From: Sarcina sp.
GTDB lineage: Bacteria; Bacillota; Clostridia; Clostridiales; Clostridiaceae
Assembly (NCBI GenBank): GCA_051655925.1
Contig: JBOGAY010000165.1
Span: 2,445-26,444, forward strand
Direction of reading: 5' to 3'
Length of the DNA: 24,000 bases
A program made the position numbers and the translations under genes. Below, one piece after another: positions 1 to 8,841 of this stretch. The notes below the pieces were generated by a model, which was not told where the DNA came from, did not search any database, and saw nothing but the letters and a program-made list of their open reading frames with translations. Numbering within the stretch: the first letter of the stretch is position 1; every line of letters starts with the position of its first letter.

Positions 1-1
1 A

Positions 2-205
2 GAAAATAACTATCCAATTATTAAAAACCCATGTCCTGCAGATGGTAAAACAAATAGACAAGATATCAAACTCCTAATCAGAAAACTTGATAAAGAAATG
101 CCAGGATTTAAAAAGAATTTATTTAAATCATTAACTAATTCCGAGCAAATGTTTATGTGGGATAAAGATGTAGTAAGAAAAATGCAACAAAAAAAGTTGT
201 GCTAA
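2..205 (+). CDS. 3' end of a CDS cut by the left window edge (67 codons, ...MFMWDKDVVRKMQQKKLC*); product not recognisable
   Basis: Frame 2 is open from position 2 to TAA at 203-205. It is absent from the ORF track because it has no start in the window. A hairpin terminator follows directly. Confidence 0.4.
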   Translation, partial: ENNYPIIKNPCPADGKTNRQDIKLLIRKLDKEMPGFKKNLFKSLTNSEQMFMWDKDVVRKMQQKKLC

Positions 206-222
206 TTGCACAACTTTTTTTA
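190..222. terminator. Bidirectional rho-independent terminator
   Basis: AGTTGTGC (195-202) / GCACAACT (208-215) form a perfect 8-bp stem with a 5-nt loop. An A-run lies upstream and a T-run downstream. It sits between two convergent gene ends (205 and 230). Confidence 0.7.
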
Positions 223-229
223 ATATTTA

Positions 230-1213
230 TTATTTTAAAACAAACTCACCAGTTATATTCTGTACTGAATTTATATTTGTATTTTCTTCTTTATATGTTT
301 TACTCTTTAAATACAACGTTAGTGTTCTAACATTTGCATCACTTGTTTGTATAATTTTCACTGCATCATCTGTTATTGTAAAATCATAAAAGCTATCTAT
401 GCCTAAAGCTGAATCATATAAAGTTCCTGTCCAAGCAGTATCAGAAGCTTGTCTTAAACTTCCTTTTAATGATGCCCATTCATTATTTATTTCTACTTCT
501 AATGCACCACTCTCTAGCTTTATAATTTTATAATTTTCAAACTTACTATCCTCATCAGATCTAATATGTATAATTTTTGTTCCATTAAAAATAGCTTCTT
601 TTTCTATCATTTGTGCTTCCTGAATTTTCTTCGCCTCTTCCTCAGCCTTCTTTTTTTCTGCAACCTTTTCTTCTAACTCTTTAATTTTAAAACTCATATT
701 TCCATACTTTTTATTAGCTTCTGCTGATAAACCTTCTATTTTAATTTCTGCAAAAACTTTTTGTGCTTCCTCTAAATTCTCTTCTTTCACTAAACTATTT
801 ATAACTTCAAATTTTTCATCTAATTCTTTGTCTTTTGACTCTTCTGCTTCTATTTCACCCTTTAACTTTTTTATGTCTTCAACTAAATTAGGATACATTG
901 TATCATTTTCTATCTTACTTATATGCACCCTAGCTTCTTCTATATTTTTTTCTCCTAAAGCTTTCTGTGCTAATATAAATGAACTCAGTAGTTCATAACT
1001 ATTCATAGCTAAATCTTTATTTTCTCCAGTCTCTTCATCACTAGCCAACTTAAATAAATTTCTTGCTTTATCATATTCACTTGAAGACATAGCTGCTTTC
1101 GCATCTTCTATCATCCCTGATTTTTCAACAGTAACCACCTGTGCATTACTTCCACATGCAACTCCTGTAAACATAGTTGTTAAAACTAATCCTACAATTA
1201 AATATTTTTTCAT
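230..1213 (-). CDS. Lipoprotein of unknown function with a long charged coiled-coil/TPR-like middle and a beta-rich C-terminal domain shared with the 2346-2996 product
   Basis: Signal peptide plus lipobox (MKKYLIVGLVLTTMFTGVAC|GS). RBS GGGGGA lies 5 nt before the ATG. There are K/E-rich helical stretches. The C-terminal ~110 aa aligns with the other lipoprotein. Confidence 0.8.
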   Translation of the reverse strand: MKKYLIVGLVLTTMFTGVACGSNAQVVTVEKSGMIEDAKAAMSSSEYDKARNLFKLASDEETGENKDLAMNSYELLSSFILAQKALGEKNIEEARVHISKIENDTMYPNLVEDIKKLKGEIEAEESKDKELDEKFEVINSLVKEENLEEAQKVFAEIKIEGLSAEANKKYGNMSFKIKELEEKVAEKKKAEEEAKKIQEAQMIEKEAIFNGTKIIHIRSDEDSKFENYKIIKLESGALEVEINNEWASLKGSLRQASDTAWTGTLYDSALGIDSFYDFTITDDAVKIIQTSDANVRTLTLYLKSKTYKEENTNINSVQNITGEFVLK

Positions 1214-1300
1214 ATTTGTCCCCCTTAAATGTCTCTATCCTTGTAAATATTCTCAATAATTAATTATCGAACGATATTACAAAGACTTTAGTGTAGATAA

Positions 1301-1330
1301 CACAAAAGGACACCACTTAAAATGGTATCC
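1301..1330 (-). terminator. Rho-independent terminator after the 141-aa gene
   Basis: The minus strand reads GGATACCA-ttttaag-TGGTGTCC (8 bp including one G-U pair), followed by TTTTGTG. Confidence 0.6.
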
Positions 1331-1338
1331 CTAATTTT

Positions 1339-1764
1339 TTATATAAAATCATAATCTCCAACCATGCTAACTTCTTCATCATATGCCTTAATTAACATCT
1401 CGAAGACTGTGATACTTTCTTTTAAAACCTTACTGTCTTGTTCTTTTATCCCCTTAACTAAAGACTTACCTACCTTAATTAATTCCCCAAGCTCTTCATT
1501 AAAATCTTTTACAAGCTCTTTGTCTACTTCAGATTCAAACGCCTCAACAATTTTTATCTTTTCGTACATTTCAATATATAAATTAATTTTTTCAACTAAA
1601 CTATCCCTAAGTTCCTTACTATTTGATATAACACTTGGAAAATCACAAGTAACTTCACTTATAATTTCACTATTAAACTCAAAAATTAATCCTAACATTT
1701 TACTTAATTTTTCATCCAAAATATTAGATAACTTTAAGCTTATATCCCCCTCAATATACTTCAT
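1339..1764 (-). CDS. Small acidic all-helical hypothetical protein (141 aa)
   Basis: AAGGAG RBS lies 10 nt upstream of the ATG. Composition is protein-like, unlike the overlapping S/L-rich plus-strand ORF. No motif recognised. Confidence 0.6.
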   Translation of the reverse strand: MKYIEGDISLKLSNILDEKLSKMLGLIFEFNSEIISEVTCDFPSVISNSKELRDSLVEKINLYIEMYEKIKIVEAFESEVDKELVKDFNEELGELIKVGKSLVKGIKEQDSKVLKESITVFEMLIKAYDEEVSMVGDYDFI

Positions 1765-1938
1765 ATACTCTTAACTCCTTATTGCTATTTTTGTTTTAAC
1801 TAAAACACCTTATAACTATTAAAACATACAAAAGTAGCATGTTATTTGAATTTTTGTAACTAGACCTTTAAATTTACTTTAGCAATATGAAAACAATTTT
1901 AAGAATACGTAAATCAAGTGTATAAATAAAATTTCCAC

Positions 1939-1980
1939 AAAAAAAAATAGTTGTATTCCCCCTTAACCGAATACAACTAT
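1939..1980 (-). terminator. Strong rho-independent terminator (minus strand) about 360 nt downstream of the nearest upstream gene
   Basis: ATAGTTGTATTC (1947-1958) / GAATACAACTAT (1969-1980) form a perfect 12-bp stem with a 10-nt loop. On the minus strand it is followed by T8 (plus-strand A-run 1939-1946). Confidence 0.7.
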
Positions 1981-2345
1981 TTACCATATCATTTCTCAAA
2001 TTTCCCATTACTTTACCTTAGCTGAAAACTACCCCTGTTTTAACTAAAAATACTTTAAGAATTATTACAATTCGTATTGTATCATCATTAAAAACTTTTA
2101 CATAGCTAAAAAAATAGCTATTTTTCGACATTTTCTCCAATTTGTAAATTAACTAAATTTAAATACTCAATAAATGTTTTATATAAAATTTAAATAAAAT
2201 GAAAAAAAGTATATTGTTTTACATATTAAGTAATTTATTTTCATTTTGAATATTTTTAATTTACAAGCTAAATATATTTATCAATATATTTATTACATAA
2301 AATGTATTTTTAAAATTTTATAAACACATAGATAATTAAAATCAT

Positions 2346-2996
2346 TTACTTCTTTTTAAGTTCAAAAGTTCCTTTATCAGTATAAATATCTTTATCTACA
2401 TGTTCTAAGTCAAAAGTTTTGCTTTCATAATAAAACTTTGTAACTTGTTTTGTCTCACTCTCTTTCTCAACAACAACTAAAGCATGATCTGTAATCCTTA
2501 CTTCAACATCTATTTTTTCATTTTCAACAACAGATTTTATAGTTCCTTTCCATTCTCTAAATGTACTCGGAATAGCATCTATATCGCCTTTAAAACTACC
2601 TCTTAACGATGCAATTTCAACACTTAAATTTCCTTTTCCATTTATTTTAAATGTATAATCTAAAAAACTATCACCAATTCCCTCCCCTTTAAAATTAACT
2701 GATAAAATGTGTGTTCCATTATAAAAATTATCATATTTACTGTAATAATTTTCTTCATCCTTTTCTGTCTTAGAATCAGTATTATCTTCTGAATTTAAGT
2801 TATTATTACTATTCGTATTTTCAACTTTATCTATATTTTCATTAATTTCTTTATCTTTATCTATATTTTTATCAACACTTGATTCTATACTTTCACCAGC
2901 TATATCTTCCTTAGCCACCTTACTATCAGTACAACCAGCCAAAGTACCTATTACACAAATACCTATTACACAAAAAACTATTATCTTCCTTTTCAT
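2346..2996 (-). CDS. Lipoprotein of unknown function, paralogous in its C-terminal domain to the 230-1213 product
   Basis: Signal peptide plus lipobox (…GTLAG|CTDS). GGAGG RBS. An N/D/E/K-rich linker precedes a beta-rich domain. Confidence 0.8.
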   Translation of the reverse strand: MKRKIIVFCVIGICVIGTLAGCTDSKVAKEDIAGESIESSVDKNIDKDKEINENIDKVENTNSNNNLNSEDNTDSKTEKDEENYYSKYDNFYNGTHILSVNFKGEGIGDSFLDYTFKINGKGNLSVEIASLRGSFKGDIDAIPSTFREWKGTIKSVVENEKIDVEVRITDHALVVVEKESETKQVTKFYYESKTFDLEHVDKDIYTDKGTFELKKK

Positions 2997-3164
2997 AAAC
3001 GCCTCCTTAAAATTCTACTTTATATTTATATGCATAAATTCTTTCAAAAGTACTTTGTAATCTCATATACAAATTAACTTGTGGTATGTTATTATAATTA
3101 AGTATTTGATATTCTAATATAAAAAAATTTATTAAATATACTACATATTATTTGGAGGGTTATT

Positions 3165-3356
3165 TTGATGAAAGCATCAGTAGATAGAGATTTATGTATT
3201 AGTTGTGGTCTTTGTGAGACAATTTGTGATCAAGTATTTGAATTAGATGATGAATGTGTAGCAACTCCTATAGTTGATGAAATACCAGCTAAACAAGAAG
3301 TTAATGCCGCAAGAGCAATGAAGCAATGTCCTGTTAAGGCTATTACTATAGAATAA
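3165..3356 (+). CDS. Small single-cluster ferredoxin (63 aa)
   Basis: CISCGLCETIC ... CP cluster motif (CxxCxxC + distal CP). GGAGGG RBS. Size is typical of mono-cluster [4Fe-4S]/[3Fe-4S] ferredoxins. Confidence 0.8.
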   Translation: MMKASVDRDLCISCGLCETICDQVFELDDECVATPIVDEIPAKQEVNAARAMKQCPVKAITIE

Positions 3357-3364
3357 GAATAAAT

Positions 3365-3404
3365 AAAGGCTATATGAAGTACTTTTTCTTCATATAGCCT
3401 TTTA
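3365..3404. terminator. Bidirectional rho-independent terminator
   Basis: GGCTATATGAAG (3368-3379) / CTTCATATAGCC (3388-3399) form a perfect 12-bp stem flanked by AAA and TTTT. It lies between convergent genes. Confidence 0.75.
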
Positions 3405-3469
3405 TTAATTATATCTAAATTACTTAGATGTAATTCAATTCATAATATATAAATAAAATTAATTGAGGA

Positions 3470-4579
3470 TTATGAATTTAAACAACATTTTTTATATTTC
3501 TTTCCACTACCACATGGACAAGGTTCATTTCTTCCAACCTTAGGTGCTTCAACTGCTTCATTCATTTCTTTTAACTCAATATTAGTAAATCCATTATTTG
3601 CCCATCTTCTTGTATTATCATACATAGCTAATGTTTTTTTAACCATATCATTAATTATATTCTTTTTAACTTTATTTAAACTTACAACCTTATCTATTAC
3701 TCCAAGAGCTTCATACATATCATATTCTTCTGTTATAAATCTAACTTGTAACTCAAATAAAATATCTAAAGCAACTTCTTTATCTTTAGTTAACTTTGTT
3801 ATAAGAGCTAAAAGATTTTCATGTGCTACTGTCATTTCTATAAAATCTCTTGTTCCATATTTTAAAAGTTCTTCTTTATCTAGCATTTTAAAATCTTGAT
3901 CTATTACTTTACTAGCTATAAATTTTTCTAATTCATTCTCATAAGCTGCTATTTCTTGGTTCATTATATAACCATCTTTGAAATAAGCAAATCCTATTTC
4001 ATTATCATTCTCTTTGAACAACTCTACTAAATCTTTTTCAGTAATTTTTTCTCCTGTATATTCATTAAAAGCTTTTACAAAGAAATCTACTTTGAAAGCA
4101 CCATATAATTCTACAAATGAATTTAAGTAACTCTCTAATGTATTTGCTTCTTTTGCTTCTTTATGTAATTCTTTGTTATTAAGCATTTTAACTATTTTTA
4201 TGTTTTCATCAGGCATTACAAGCTTTAAACTTTCCTTCTGTGCATATATAAAAGCAAGTCCTGCTATATTTAAAGTTATAAAATCATTCACATCTGCATT
4301 TGTTATGTCAACTTCTTTTTCTACAACTAATCTATCTATAAGCTCTAAATCTTTTGGGTTTAAACCCTTCATTGCTAATTCTATCTTTTTATTAGTTATA
4401 AACTCATCATAGAACTTGTCTATAATTTCAGCTTTTTTAAGCTTACTAACACCTTTTAAGCCATAACTTTGCATATACCCCATTATTTTATCTTTTGTTA
4501 AATCATTTAAGCATGATTTTAAATCATGTTTTATTGGCTTGTTAATTCCAAGCTGTTTATTTATATCATAATTATTCAT
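3470..4579 (-). CDS. SEC-C metal-binding motif protein (369 aa); N-terminal part unknown
   Basis: C-terminal ...[17 protein letters not shown] is the SEC-C zinc motif. GGAGAA RBS. Confidence 0.75.
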
Positions 4580-4765
4580 AATTCTTTTCTCCTGTACTTC
4601 TTCTAATTATCTTCTTACTAATTATAACATCTAATCTTTTGTTTAGAAATTATCTGGTAAACTTAAATTTTATAACATAAATCCACTCTTTATTTTCACT
4701 TCCATTAGTATAATTATACCTTAACTTATTTATTATACAAAAATATCTTAACTTATATAACCCAT

Positions 4766-5458
4766 TTAACTTTTAATAATAAAACTATTTATCCCTAAAA
4801 GCTGTAACCTTTCTTGCTGCTTAATTGCATTTACCTTACTTTTATAAGCACCACACACAACTCTATATAGCCCCTGTTCACTATCTTCAAAATTAGTCTC
4901 TATACCCTTATATTCAATATTTAAAGTCTTCAAAATTCCTTTTACTACACAAATACAATATGCCTCAATTTCATAATCCTCATCAAAACTACTTATATCT
5001 TCTCTATTATCTATAAATGCCATTTCTGTTATTACCGCTGGGCAGGTTGTTTCTCTTATGAATCCAAAATAATCTCTTCCATTTAAATCAATCTTTGTTT
5101 TCAATCCTCTTGATTTATAACCATTACTCTTTATAGCACTATTAATGTTCTCTGCTAGTATTCTTCCCCTTGATGATGAAATTGTACTATGAAAAACTTC
5201 AAACCCACTTCCTCCACCTGAGTTAGTATGAAGATCGATTGCTAAATCTGGGTTAAATAAATTACTTTCTCTTATCTCTTCGCTAAGAGGATCGTTTTCA
5301 TCTTTATACCTTGATAATCTAACATCTACTCCATGTCTTTCTAAATGTTTCTTACAAAATAAACCTTGTTTTAAATTTAAGTCCTTCTCTTTTAACCCAC
5401 TTCCTATAGCCCCCGAATCATTTCCACCATGTCCTATACCTAAAAATACTTTTTTCAT
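4766..5458 (-). CDS. N-acetylmuramoyl-L-alanine amidase (Amidase_3 fold) with C-terminal SPOR domain and no signal peptide; CwlC-like
   Basis: N-terminus GIGHGGNDSGA and ...DLHTNSGGGSGFEVF... are Amidase_3 signatures. The C-terminal YRVVCGAYKSKVNAIKQQERLQLLGINSFI is SPOR-like. The track start (5467) is a TTG abutting the AGGAG RBS. The ATG at 5458 has 9-nt spacing, so I use that start. Confidence 0.8.
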   Translation of the reverse strand: MKKVFLGIGHGGNDSGAIGSGLKEKDLNLKQGLFCKKHLERHGVDVRLSRYKDENDPLSEEIRESNLFNPDLAIDLHTNSGGGSGFEVFHSTISSSRGRILAENINSAIKSNGYKSRGLKTKIDLNGRDYFGFIRETTCPAVITEMAFIDNREDISSFDEDYEIEAYCICVVKGILKTLNIEYKGIETNFEDSEQGLYRVVCGAYKSKVNAIKQQERLQLLGINSFIIKS

Positions 5459-5523
5459 ACATATCAACTCCTAAATAAATTCCTAAAGTTTATATATGCA
5501 TTTTCTAAATTTTTTTAAATTTT

Positions 5524-5563
5524 CAAATAAAAAAAGAGATGGAAGTTTTATCTTCTCATCTCT
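5524..5563 (-). terminator. Rho-independent terminator after the 986-aa gene
   Basis: The minus strand reads AGAGATGAGAAG-ataaaa-CTTCCATCTCT (one bulge), followed by TTTTTTTATTT. Confidence 0.7.
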
Positions 5564-5643
5564 TAAAGCTTTACTAAGTTAACTTTTCTAAAAATATTTC
5601 TTATCTGTTTTATTTCCATCTAAAACTAAAGATAAAAAATATT

Positions 5644-8604
5644 TTAAGCAGCTAACTTAGAGTTATTATTATTCATTTTCAAATCTTTTATTCCATTAAG
5701 AATCTCATTAGTAGTATTATCAATTTGTGGCAACGTATAATTAGAACTATCTAAAAGGTTTATTCCTTTATTCACAATAATACTTAAATTATCTACACTT
5801 GTTGGTGTATATTTAAGTAAATTAATTGATTCTGCTTTATTTATAGCATTTTTGAGTGGTGTTTTTTGTGGCTTTAACCCTTGTAGTGCATTGTTTATAT
5901 CAGCAGTAGCTTTTTGCATTTGTTGTACAGTTACTCCTTGATTACCAATCAAGTTTTCACTTGCGTTTACTGCATTACTTAAAGCATCTACACTTTCAGG
6001 TGTATAAGCAACTAAATCCATTGACTGCGCCTTCCCAAGTGCATTTATAATAGCGTTTCTTGCCATCTCAAAATTATAAGGAAGCTCCGCAAAATATATT
6101 CTATTATTATTAACCGTTACCCATCCTGTTTGCATTATTCCATCATTATTGAAATAATACTCTTGTCCACCAATTGTTTTAATTCCAGTTTGCATTATTC
6201 CTTGATTATCAAAGTAATAAGTTTTATTATCTATCACTTGTAAACCTACTTTAGCTGTTCCATTAACTAAATATTTTTGGCCTTGTGGTGTTGTAACAAA
6301 ACCTGTACTGAAACTATATTTTTCACCATTTACAGTATAATTACTTAAAGTTTTTATACCATTTTCTGTTATTTGAATAACAACATCATTTGAAAGTTTA
6401 CTTGATTTAAGCTTTTCATTAACCATAGTTAAATATCCATTAGAATATTGCCCTGGGTTATATTGAATCTTTACAATATCTCCTACATTAAAATCATAAT
6501 TATTTAATGTATTTTTAAAACCTTCATTTCCAAACTCATTTCCATTTACCTTCATCTCATTTAAAAAATTCATATTACTATCATAGACTTTAATATCAAT
6601 TCCATCTGTTGCACTTGTTGCAATAAATGCATGCTGTCCACTCGCATCTAATATATCTGTCTTTTCAAAATTCATACTAGCAACTGGCTTTGCTTGACCC
6701 CAAGCATTTATATCAATCTCACCATAAGACTTAGCCGTATTTGATACAAATCCTGCCTCACTTAGATAATTATCATCAATCTGTGAAAGTCCAAGACCTA
6801 AAATATTTTCTGTCGCTCTAGCATTCTCTATAAATGATTGTACATTATTTATAAATTCATTATATTGCTCTACAGAGGCAACCTGCTTAAGATTTCCATT
6901 AAACTCTGAAAGTAAGTTTATCACAACTGTTGGATAACTTTTTAAAGAATTCATTATTTTATTAGATAAAGTTAAATAATCATTTGCTGTTATGCTTTTA
7001 TTAGCTTTTAATAAGCTTATTTTTTCATTCCATGCCATGATATTTAAAGGTTGTGTTTGAATTGCCTGATTTATGGCGTCTAATTTTAAACTATTTGATG
7101 TTAAAGTATTTGCCATCCATAAGTACTCATTTGAAGTTTCTAAACTTTCCCTATCTTCATTTGAATAAAGATCTGTATATATCTGAGTACCATACTTAGG
7201 ATTTTGAACCTCATTAACAGGTTGTCCAAAAACTCTACAAGCTATTGAAGCAATCTGCGTAATATTTTCAAAACCATTTGGACCATTAACTACATTCCCT
7301 ATTATTCTTGGATTTTGATTCGCAGAATAATTAGGTATAGTTTTAATGCTTGATAAATCTACAGAATTCACAAGATTATTATAATTATTTAGAAGCATTC
7401 CTCTAAAATTTAAAATCTGTGCATTCTCTATTGGAACATCAACTACTGATTTCAATAATCTAACACCAAAGCTACTAAAGTTTCTATACATTCCACCTTC
7501 TGCATTTAAAGACTCAAAAATTTGATATCTTTGCACAGGATTTCCTACAGAATTACCATTAAAAGCATCTATTATAGGTGTCTGATTAGTAAGTGCTACC
7601 GCGATACTAAGTTTTAAATTAAAACCACTGTGAGAATTATTATATGCACTCCATATATCCTTCCACACACTTAAAGCATTCATGCTAGCACCATTAGTAT
7701 TTCCTTCTAACCATAAACTCATAGCATCCTGATTGTTTAAAACCCATCTTATAAAGTTTGCGTTATTTGAACTTTCTGCATAAAAACTTTGAATATTTTC
7801 AAGCCCTATGTTATTTATGAAAGCACAAACTGTACTAGCATCTTTAATGCTTGAGTTTTGAGTTAAGCTATTAACTAAGTTTTTACTTGTAATAGACTTA
7901 TTAACTACTTCAGTTTCTTGCTTTAAATAATTCGTTATATCTGCTGAACTATTTATCTTAACCTTCGTTAAATCAGTTTTTTGATTAGAACTATTACAAA
8001 GATTGACCCTTTCAAGCCCATTCTTTGTAATTTTGAAATACTCTGTATTTCCAACAATATTTCCAATCACCTTATTTCCATTTGAAATAACAGGAATAGA
8101 AATATTATTGCTATAAGTTAAACTTATAATATCACCATAATCAAATGATTTATTATTTAATAACTCACTTAACTCTGATGTATTTCCGCTATTAATTTGT
8201 GTTGGCTTTATCATTTCCTTTTGTGTACTTGAATAAAGACCTACTTCTAAAAATTCTTGATTTGTATTGTCAAAACTTTTAGAAATGTTTTTAACATTAA
8301 TTTTCATATTGTTAACATCAAAATTAATAGTAGAAACTAGATTCGAACTTTCTCCACTGTAAAAACTAATCTTACTATTTGAAAGTCCATTTGTTTGAGT
8401 TGATTTTTTAACATCACTACTTTCACCTTGTTGCTTTTGATTATTTTTTACTCCCTGTGTCCCTTTATCCTGCTTAATAGCTGGAGTAGAAAATAAATTT
8501 ATATTTTTAGAATTTAAATTATGTGATGTTTTAACTCCTGTTGGTATAGATAGTCCTACTAAAAATAAAAGACCTACTATTCCAACGATTTTTCTTCTGT
8601 TCAT
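5644..8604 (-). CDS. Large secreted multidomain protein (986 aa). Order: signal peptide, beta-domain copy 1, ~400-aa unrecognised core, beta-domain copy 2, three CW_binding_1 (choline/glucan-binding, CROP-like) repeats, two FIVAR-like helical repeats
   Basis: Signal peptide MNRRKIVGIVGLLFLVGLSIPTG. The internal duplication shows in LNNKSFDYGDIISLTY vs LNNYDFNVGDIVKIQY and EYFKITKNGLERV vs VVIQITENGIKTL. Cell-wall-binding repeats are GLQVIDNKTYYFDNQGIMQTGIKTIGGQEYYFNNDGIMQTGWVTVNNNRIYF (DNA ~6090-6250). FIVAR-like repeats are ...YTPESVDALSNAVNASENL... and ...YTPTSVDNLSIIVNKGINL.... AGAGGTG RBS. Confidence 0.85.
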   Translation of the reverse strand: MNRRKIVGIVGLLFLVGLSIPTGVKTSHNLNSKNINLFSTPAIKQDKGTQGVKNNQKQQGESSDVKKSTQTNGLSNSKISFYSGESSNLVSTINFDVNNMKINVKNISKSFDNTNQEFLEVGLYSSTQKEMIKPTQINSGNTSELSELLNNKSFDYGDIISLTYSNNISIPVISNGNKVIGNIVGNTEYFKITKNGLERVNLCNSSNQKTDLTKVKINSSADITNYLKQETEVVNKSITSKNLVNSLTQNSSIKDASTVCAFINNIGLENIQSFYAESSNNANFIRWVLNNQDAMSLWLEGNTNGASMNALSVWKDIWSAYNNSHSGFNLKLSIAVALTNQTPIIDAFNGNSVGNPVQRYQIFESLNAEGGMYRNFSSFGVRLLKSVVDVPIENAQILNFRGMLLNNYNNLVNSVDLSSIKTIPNYSANQNPRIIGNVVNGPNGFENITQIASIACRVFGQPVNEVQNPKYGTQIYTDLYSNEDRESLETSNEYLWMANTLTSNSLKLDAINQAIQTQPLNIMAWNEKISLLKANKSITANDYLTLSNKIMNSLKSYPTVVINLLSEFNGNLKQVASVEQYNEFINNVQSFIENARATENILGLGLSQIDDNYLSEAGFVSNTAKSYGEIDINAWGQAKPVASMNFEKTDILDASGQHAFIATSATDGIDIKVYDSNMNFLNEMKVNGNEFGNEGFKNTLNNYDFNVGDIVKIQYNPGQYSNGYLTMVNEKLKSSKLSNDVVIQITENGIKTLSNYTVNGEKYSFSTGFVTTPQGQKYLVNGTAKVGLQVIDNKTYYFDNQGIMQTGIKTIGGQEYYFNNDGIMQTGWVTVNNNRIYFAELPYNFEMARNAIINALGKAQSMDLVAYTPESVDALSNAVNASENLIGNQGVTVQQMQKATADINNALQGLKPQKTPLKNAINKAESINLLKYTPTSVDNLSIIVNKGINLLDSSNYTLPQIDNTTNEILNGIKDLKMNNNNSKLAA

Positions 8605-8841
8605 TTTTCACCTCTTTTACACTTTAATATTTCGAACGCAGCTAAAACATTTAACCCGCTAATCTTAAAGGTAAAAGTTCTCAAACGTAATAATTGTATC
8701 ATATATTAAGTAGTTTTTTTCACTTTAGCATTCAAATAATTTTATTTTTTTTTAATATTCCAAATTTAGTTTTTTTTATCAAAATATTAGTATTATTTAT
8801 TAAAAATAATGCTAAATAAATATTAAATTATATCTGTGTAT

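Noticed and set aside
1266-1276. CGAAC half-site (TATCGAACGATA) upstream of the first lipoprotein gene, considered as a second LexA box
   Set aside because: Only one half matches; the partner 4 nt away is TTACA rather than GTTCG. From base composition I expect roughly half a dozen TCGAAC hexamers in 24 kb on both strands, so isolated half-sites are not meaningful.
1364-1774. 136-aa plus-strand ORF overlapping the 141-aa minus-strand gene
   Set aside because: The translation is S/L/I-rich and low-complexity, typical of the antisense frame of an AT-rich gene. It has no RBS. The minus-strand ORF has an AAGGAG RBS and a terminator.
2199-2249. 16-codon plus-strand ORF (MKKSILFYILSNLFSF) in the long intergenic region
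   Set aside because: It has no RBS and no promoter that I can support. It is too short to distinguish from chance in AT-rich DNA.
4173-4412. 79-aa plus-strand ORF inside the SEC-C protein gene
   Set aside because: It is an antisense shadow ORF with low-complexity S/F/I composition and no RBS.
5644-8604. Calling the exoprotein an M60/enhancin-type metallopeptidase because of the mucin-binding-like duplicated domain
   Set aside because: There is no HExxH or any other zinc motif. The protein contains only three histidines, none in a metalloprotease context.
8631-8637. TTCGAAC upstream of the exoprotein gene, considered as a LexA box or a shared sigma motif
   Set aside because: It is a half-site only (the partner is CTAAA). 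It is not distinguishable from chance.
8601-8702. 33-codon minus-strand ORF (MIQLLRLRTFTFKISGLNVLAAFEILKCKRGEK) whose TGA overlaps the exoprotein ATG (ATGA), considered as a uviB/holin-like leader gene
   Set aside because: It has no Shine-Dalgarno sequence. Its ATG lies inside the candidate -10 element. The peptide has no transmembrane segment, so it is probably a chance frame.
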